The notes beneath the pieces are model-generated. The model did no database searches. It was not told where the DNA came from and saw only the letters and a list, made by a program, of their open reading frames with translations. From assembly GCA_965219015.1 (NCBI GenBank), contig CBDCNH010000013.1, forward strand, positions 727,474 to 791,473: a stretch of 64,000 bases of DNA. The letters are read 5' to 3'. The stretch comes from Paracoccaceae bacterium (GTDB lineage Bacteria; Pseudomonadota; Alphaproteobacteria; Rhodobacterales; Rhodobacteraceae). Both the position numbers and the translations under genes were made by a program. This document shows positions 63,481 to 64,000 of the stretch, in pieces (position 1 is the first letter of the stretch; the number at the start of each line of letters is the position of its first letter).

Positions 63481-64000
63481 GCGCGAAAGCGCGCCGATGC
63501 GATGGCGCGGGCCGTGTAGCGCGGAGCCGGCCCGAAGGGCAGGGTGCCCGGGCGGCGGCGAAGGTTCGGCAGCCGGGCGATGTCCTGGTTCACCACGCCG
63601 CAGGTCAGGGCCATCAGCGACGGATTGGCGAGCGGGGCGAGCTCCGGCGAGAGATACCCCGACTTGACGACGAGGAGCCGGGTCCGACCCGGGTCGAGGC
63701 CAAGGCGCGTGAAGTCGGCGATGTCGTGGTACGGACGGCGGCGGGCGGCGAGGACGACCGTGATGCCGCCGATCACGACGACAGCCTGGCGCTCGGCGGG
63801 CCTGGTGGGCCCGGCAGGATCATGGAGGCGTAGCACGCGTGCCTCCGCCCGGACGCGGACGCCGCTCGGGTCGAGGGTTGCGCCGATGTCGAGCGCAAGC
63901 GTCGCGCCCTCTCCGGCGGCGAACGAGGCCGCCACGGCAGGACGGTCGCTGATGCCGGCGACGAGGGCGCCTTGCCAGTCGCGGGCGATCAGCGCCGCGA
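63477..64000 (-). CDS. MlrC-like (M81 peptidase family) protein, C-terminal part; N-terminus lies beyond the window
   Basis: The reading frame stays open from 63477 to base 64000 (AALIARDWQGALVAGISDRPAVAASFAAGEG...). The C-terminal block VVKSGYLSPELAPLAN...LTCGVVNQDI resembles the MlrC C-terminal domain. Confidence 0.7.
   Translation of the reverse strand, partial: AALIARDWQGALVAGISDRPAVAASFAAGEGATLALDIGATLDPSGVRVRAEARVLRLHDPAGPTRPAERQAVVVIGGITVVLAARRRPYHDIADFTRLGLDPGRTRLLVVKSGYLSPELAPLANPSLMALTCGVVNQDIARLPNLRRRPGTLPFGPAPRYTARAIASARFRA

Overview
This is a high-GC window, roughly two-thirds G+C by eye, and densely coding. It looks like core chromosome of an alphaproteobacterium, probably Rhodobacterales. 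That inference rests on an fdsGBACD-type formate dehydrogenase operon, alpha-type flagellar genes and pervasive ATGA/GTGA start-stop overlaps. All protein calls come from reading the supplied translations for family-specific motifs; no database search was run.

Gene order:
- rimP-nusA (nusA runs off the left edge), pip, ubiG, otsBA, grxC-comF, a methyltransferase, hemH
- a cell-wall locus with two L,D-transpeptidases and a CAP-domain lipoprotein
- an RNA m5U methyltransferase and a heterodimeric ABC exporter pair
- lysE-family, cca, a Nudix CoA pyrophosphatase, hslO
- a decayed IS5-family element
- a response-regulator/PP2C phosphatase with a divergent Hpt protein
- an AttEFGH-like ABC system
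- an FGGY kinase with a ribose-type ABC importer
- a five-gene flagellar module (motB-flgE-flgK-flgL-flgI), then pyrE
- a roughly 1.3 kb stretch of gene fragments
- emrAB
- a Rieske/FAD oxidoreductase directly downstream of fdsGBA-fdhD-fdsD
- sppA, a tiny Cys-rich membrane ORF, a CaCA antiporter, an SDR, uvrC
- a second sugar ABC importer
- cutC, an MFS transporter and an mlrC-like gene (runs off the right edge)

I found no rRNA gene, intact tRNA gene, CRISPR array, recognisable defence system or prophage.

The most unusual signals are non-coding or degenerate:
- a roughly 38 % GC island upstream of uvrC
- two perfect 32-bp direct repeats inside the pseudogene scar
- a 96-97-bp tandem repeat next to the dead IS
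- three 27-28-bp tandem repeats in a divergent promoter
- a 24-bp x3 repeat that triplicates a Shine-Dalgarno motif at the fdsG/fdsB junction
- a tRNA 3'-end-like fragment that supplies the last codons of cutC

Many very long ORFs in the track are antisense or off-frame shadows typical of high-GC DNA and were rejected.
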